Shown here: positions 61,092 through 64,000 of the stretch, piece after piece
Numbering within the stretch: the stretch's first letter is position 1
Layout: every line of letters begins with the position of its first letter
Assembly: GCA_963702895.1 (NCBI GenBank)
Contig: OY969767.1
Span: forward strand, 1,184,001 to 1,248,000
Reading direction: 5' to 3'
DNA from: an uncultured Elusimicrobia bacterium
GTDB lineage: Bacteria > Elusimicrobiota > Elusimicrobia > 2-01-FULL-59-12
Length of the DNA: 64,000 nt
Translations under genes and position numbers: made by a program
Notes under the pieces: generated by a model
Told to the model about the DNA's origin: nothing
The model's input: only the letters and a program-made list of their open reading frames with translations
Database searches by the model: none

Positions 61092-62567
61092 CTAAGGTTT
61101 TTCAGCAATAATAAGGACAGACAATCCGAAGGGAGGGCTGACATAGCGTTCCATGCCTAAGAGGAGGATGATCAAGTCAAAAAGACGGATTTGGCGACTT
61201 GGGATCAGCTTTTTCCGCAAGAGGCGCCCGTTCACGAACCATCCGATCGCTCCAATCCAATTCAGATAGCGGCTACGGATTACTTTGAACCCGGCATTTT
61301 CTAAGACGCACGACAAACTATTTTTCGTATAGCGTCGGAAGTGACCCAAATGGCGGTCCATTTCAGAAAACAACCAGGCATGCGCCGGCACAAGAATCAC
61401 CAGGCGACCTTTCGCGGGCAGCAGACTATACATATGCTTGACGGCAAGCTGATCGTTCTCGATGTGTTCCAGCATGTTCATCGACAATATGGTGTCGATA
61501 TCCTTTGGGTGGCCAAATCGCTTCACAGAATCTTCCTTCGTAAGATCAAGAGCTGCAATCTTGAGGTTTTGGAAGTGCCAGAATTTGCTGCGCAGCTCTG
61601 AAACATACTCGTCGGAAAAGTCGGTGACGACCACCGAAGGCTTATGAAGGAGGAGCTTGGTGATATTTCCGACACCTGCTCCCACCTCAAGGACATGCTC
61701 GCCCAGATGTGGCTTGCATTGATCAAAGAGCCAGCGGTTATAGGCTCCAGCGCCTTCCATGATACGTAGGGTGCGCAGGCCAGCGGATTCTCCATAAAGA
61801 TCATCCACGAGCCAGAACCAGAGCATCACGAAGATGGCCTTGACACCATCCCACGCCGTGATCTTTTTCCCCTCTTCGTAGCTGCGGCCGTAATACGAAA
61901 TGGGCACCTCATAAATACGGCAGCGCAGCTTCGCTAGCTTAGCCGTGATTTCGGGTTCAAATCCAAAGCGGTTCGAACGGATCGGGATGGATTGGAGGAT
62001 GGACGTGCGGAACATCTTATAGCCGGTCTCCATGTCCGTTAAGTTAAGGTCCGTGAGGATGTTGGAAAAAAGCGTCAGCATTTTATTGGCTACGGCGTGC
62101 CAGAAAAAGTGAATACGGGCTGTTTCCCCTCGGAACCGCGAGCCGTAGACCACATCAGCATGTCCAGATTGGATGGGTTTCAGGAGCTTCACGTAATCCG
62201 TCGGATCATATTCCAGGTCCGCATCCTGGATGATGGTGATTTGGCCTGTGGCGTGGGCAATGCCCGTACGAATGGCAGCGCCTTTTCCCTGGTTCTTTTC
62301 ATGGAAAACAATCTTGAGCGTCATCGGGGCACTCGCCTGGGACGGGAAGTGAGCCTCGGGGTGTTCCTGGAGACGCTTAAGGAATTCACGCGTGCCGTCG
62401 GTTGAGCAGTCGTCCACAATAATGATTTCTTTGGAAATGGGGACTTCCTGAACGCGTCTTAAGATCTCACCTATGAATAAGACTTCGTTGTAAACCGGAA
62501 TGAGGACGGTCAGGATATCCGAGACGCCTCTCGAAGGTCCCTGATGGGCAGTCCCTTTGAGCGTCAT
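61092..62567 (-). CDS. Bifunctional GT2 (polyprenol-phosphate glycosyltransferase-like) / class I methyltransferase
   Basis: LIPVYNE, VDDCSTDGT, IQDADLEYDP, DMETGYK, FGFEPE; C-term VLEVGAGVG, NMLEHI, GHFRRY; start uncertain. Confidence 0.88.
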   Translation of the reverse strand: MTLKGTAHQGPSRGVSDILTVLIPVYNEVLFIGEILRRVQEVPISKEIIIVDDCSTDGTREFLKRLQEHPEAHFPSQASAPMTLKIVFHEKNQGKGAAIRTGIAHATGQITIIQDADLEYDPTDYVKLLKPIQSGHADVVYGSRFRGETARIHFFWHAVANKMLTLFSNILTDLNLTDMETGYKMFRTSILQSIPIRSNRFGFEPEITAKLAKLRCRIYEVPISYYGRSYEEGKKITAWDGVKAIFVMLWFWLVDDLYGESAGLRTLRIMEGAGAYNRWLFDQCKPHLGEHVLEVGAGVGNITKLLLHKPSVVVTDFSDEYVSELRSKFWHFQNLKIAALDLTKEDSVKRFGHPKDIDTILSMNMLEHIENDQLAVKHMYSLLPAKGRLVILVPAHAWLFSEMDRHLGHFRRYTKNSLSCVLENAGFKVIRSRYLNWIGAIGWFVNGRLLRKKLIPSRQIRLFDLIILLLGMERYVSPPFGLSVLIIAEKP

Positions 62568-62666
62568 AGGCGGTCTCGCAAGGTGTTCCATCGTGAGACG
62601 AGATAACACGTCGCGACGATGAAGAAATAGAGATTCCACCAGAACGAGGCAGGAAGCTTCTTCATA

Positions 62667-63626
62667 TCAAAGCGGTCCATTTCCCCCATGGCTTTGAATA
62701 TACCAGTCCATGGTTCGCTTCAGGCCAGTCGTAAGAGGGGTCTTAGCACGGAAACCGAAGGATGATGCGGCGCTTGTATCCAGCCGGCGCTTCATCTGTC
62801 CATCCGGCTGGGACGTATTCCATCGGATCTTGCCCCCATAGTGAAGCAAAGAACAGATCTCGTGAACGAGCGCCTTAATGGTGATAGCCTTCCCGGTGCC
62901 CAGGTTGACCGGCGCGGCACCGTTATAGCGCTGGGCCGCTAGCAAGATTCCTTTTGCGGCGTCATCGGCATAGAGAAATTCCCGGCTTGCCCGCCCGGTG
63001 CCCCAGACCTCAATGCTTGCTTTGTGGTGGATCTTGGCTTCGTAGACCTTGCGGATGATCGCTGGAATGACGTGGGATGACTTGGGATCGAAATTATCGC
63101 CCGGTCCGTAAAGGTTCGCGGGCAAGAGATAAATGGCGTTAAAACCGTACTGGGTGCGGTAGGCCTGTGCTTGAACGAGCAACATCTTCTTGGCAAGCCC
63201 GTAAGGGGCGTTCGTTTCCTCGGGATAGCCCTTCCAGAGGTCGGACTCTTTGAAGGGAACAGGCGTAAACTTGGGATAGGCGCAAACCGTGCCCACCTGG
63301 ACGAATTTCTTAACGCCATGGCGGCGTGCCAATTCCATCAACTGAATGCCCATCACCGCGTTATCGTAGAAGAGCTCTCCCGGACGCTCCCGGTTTTTTC
63401 CAATCCCACCGCAATTAGCAGCCAAGTGAATAATCAGGTTGGGTTTGACGGTAGACAGGTAGCGATCAATGACTCGGGCATCGCGCAGATCAGTCTTGTG
63501 ATGCTCGGGGATGCTGATGTGCCTGCACCCGAGATTCTTGAGACCTTCTACAACATAGGATCCGAGGAATCCTTTGCCTCCGGTGACCAGCACGCGCTGG
63601 GAGGACCAATGGAAGGGTAATGACAT
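62667..63626 (-). CDS. fcl: GDP-L-fucose synthase
   Basis: HLAANCGGIG, GTVCAYPK, PEETNAPYGLAKK, NLYGPGDNF, SHVIPA, WGTG. Confidence 0.93.
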   Translation of the reverse strand: MSLPFHWSSQRVLVTGGKGFLGSYVVEGLKNLGCRHISIPEHHKTDLRDARVIDRYLSTVKPNLIIHLAANCGGIGKNRERPGELFYDNAVMGIQLMELARRHGVKKFVQVGTVCAYPKFTPVPFKESDLWKGYPEETNAPYGLAKKMLLVQAQAYRTQYGFNAIYLLPANLYGPGDNFDPKSSHVIPAIIRKVYEAKIHHKASIEVWGTGRASREFLYADDAAKGILLAAQRYNGAAPVNLGTGKAITIKALVHEICSLLHYGGKIRWNTSQPDGQMKRRLDTSAASSFGFRAKTPLTTGLKRTMDWYIQSHGGNGPL

Positions 63627-63628
63627 GC

Positions 63629-64000
63629 TTAGGGTTGCCGAAGGGGTGCCGTCATCTTGCGGGTGCCGTCCAGCTCGGTTTGCACGCGTTGGAGGTCCGC
63701 GTCAACCATGAGTCGAACAAGTTCCTTGAACTTCACACGAGGCGTCCACTTGAGCAGGTTCCTCGCTTTGGTTGCGTCACCGATGAGGAGATCCACTTCG
63801 GTCGGGCGGAAGTAGTGAGGATCGATCCGGACATAAGTCTTCCAATCCAACCCGACGTACGAAAAGGCTTCCTGGCAGAACTCTTCTACAGTATGCGTCT
63901 CACCGGTGGCAATGACGTAATCATCCGGCCGGTCCTGTTGGAGCATGAGCCACATGGCCTCGACATACTCCGGTGCGTAACCCCAGTCACGCTGAGCTTT
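63629..64000 (-). CDS. gmd: GDP-mannose 4,6-dehydratase (3' part; begins outside window)
   Basis: [36 protein letters not shown]...[13 protein letters not shown]. Confidence 0.95.
   Translation of the reverse strand, partial: KAQRDWGYAPEYVEAMWLMLQQDRPDDYVIATGETHTVEEFCQEAFSYVGLDWKTYVRIDPHYFRPTEVDLLIGDATKARNLLKWTPRVKFKELVRLMVDADLQRVQTELDGTRKMTAPLRQP

Overview
Gram-negative bacterial chromosomal window, almost entirely minus-strand. The taxon cannot be determined from sequence alone; the SprA-like barrel and CTD-bearing protein suggest a lineage such as Elusimicrobiota or an FCB relative (low-confidence inference). Left part (1-14.3 kb): gap (5' part), comF, a TIGR02436-type four-helix-bundle gene bracketed by oppositely oriented GAGA-heptamer repeat arrays, a ~1800-aa SprA-like outer-membrane barrel divergent from lptFG, an M6 metalloprotease with a T9SS-like C-terminal domain, ahcY and metK, and a highly structured 450-bp intergenic region containing a 185-nt rod-like hairpin. 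Right part (14.3-64 kb): a ~50-kb co-directional surface-glycan locus. It holds NDP-sugar supply genes, an initiating phosphoglycosyltransferase, many GT2/GT4/GT9/WecB transferases, a Wzx flippase and an ABC exporter, several methyltransferases, a pseudaminic-acid pathway with WbuXYZ amidotransferase and methylase, a second NeuB(-cupin)/NeuA module, a MarR-type regulator with a palindromic operator, GT-C-like membrane proteins (one broken by a single TAG), and fcl/gmd. Most notable: the four-helix-bundle/heptamer-repeat cassette, the SprA plus CTD-cargo pair, the rod-like RNA candidate, and two ~21-bp palindromic insertions nested in a REP-like hairpin. No CRISPR array, rRNA, tRNA or transposase was recognised. 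Many start codons were re-assigned by eye and are approximate.
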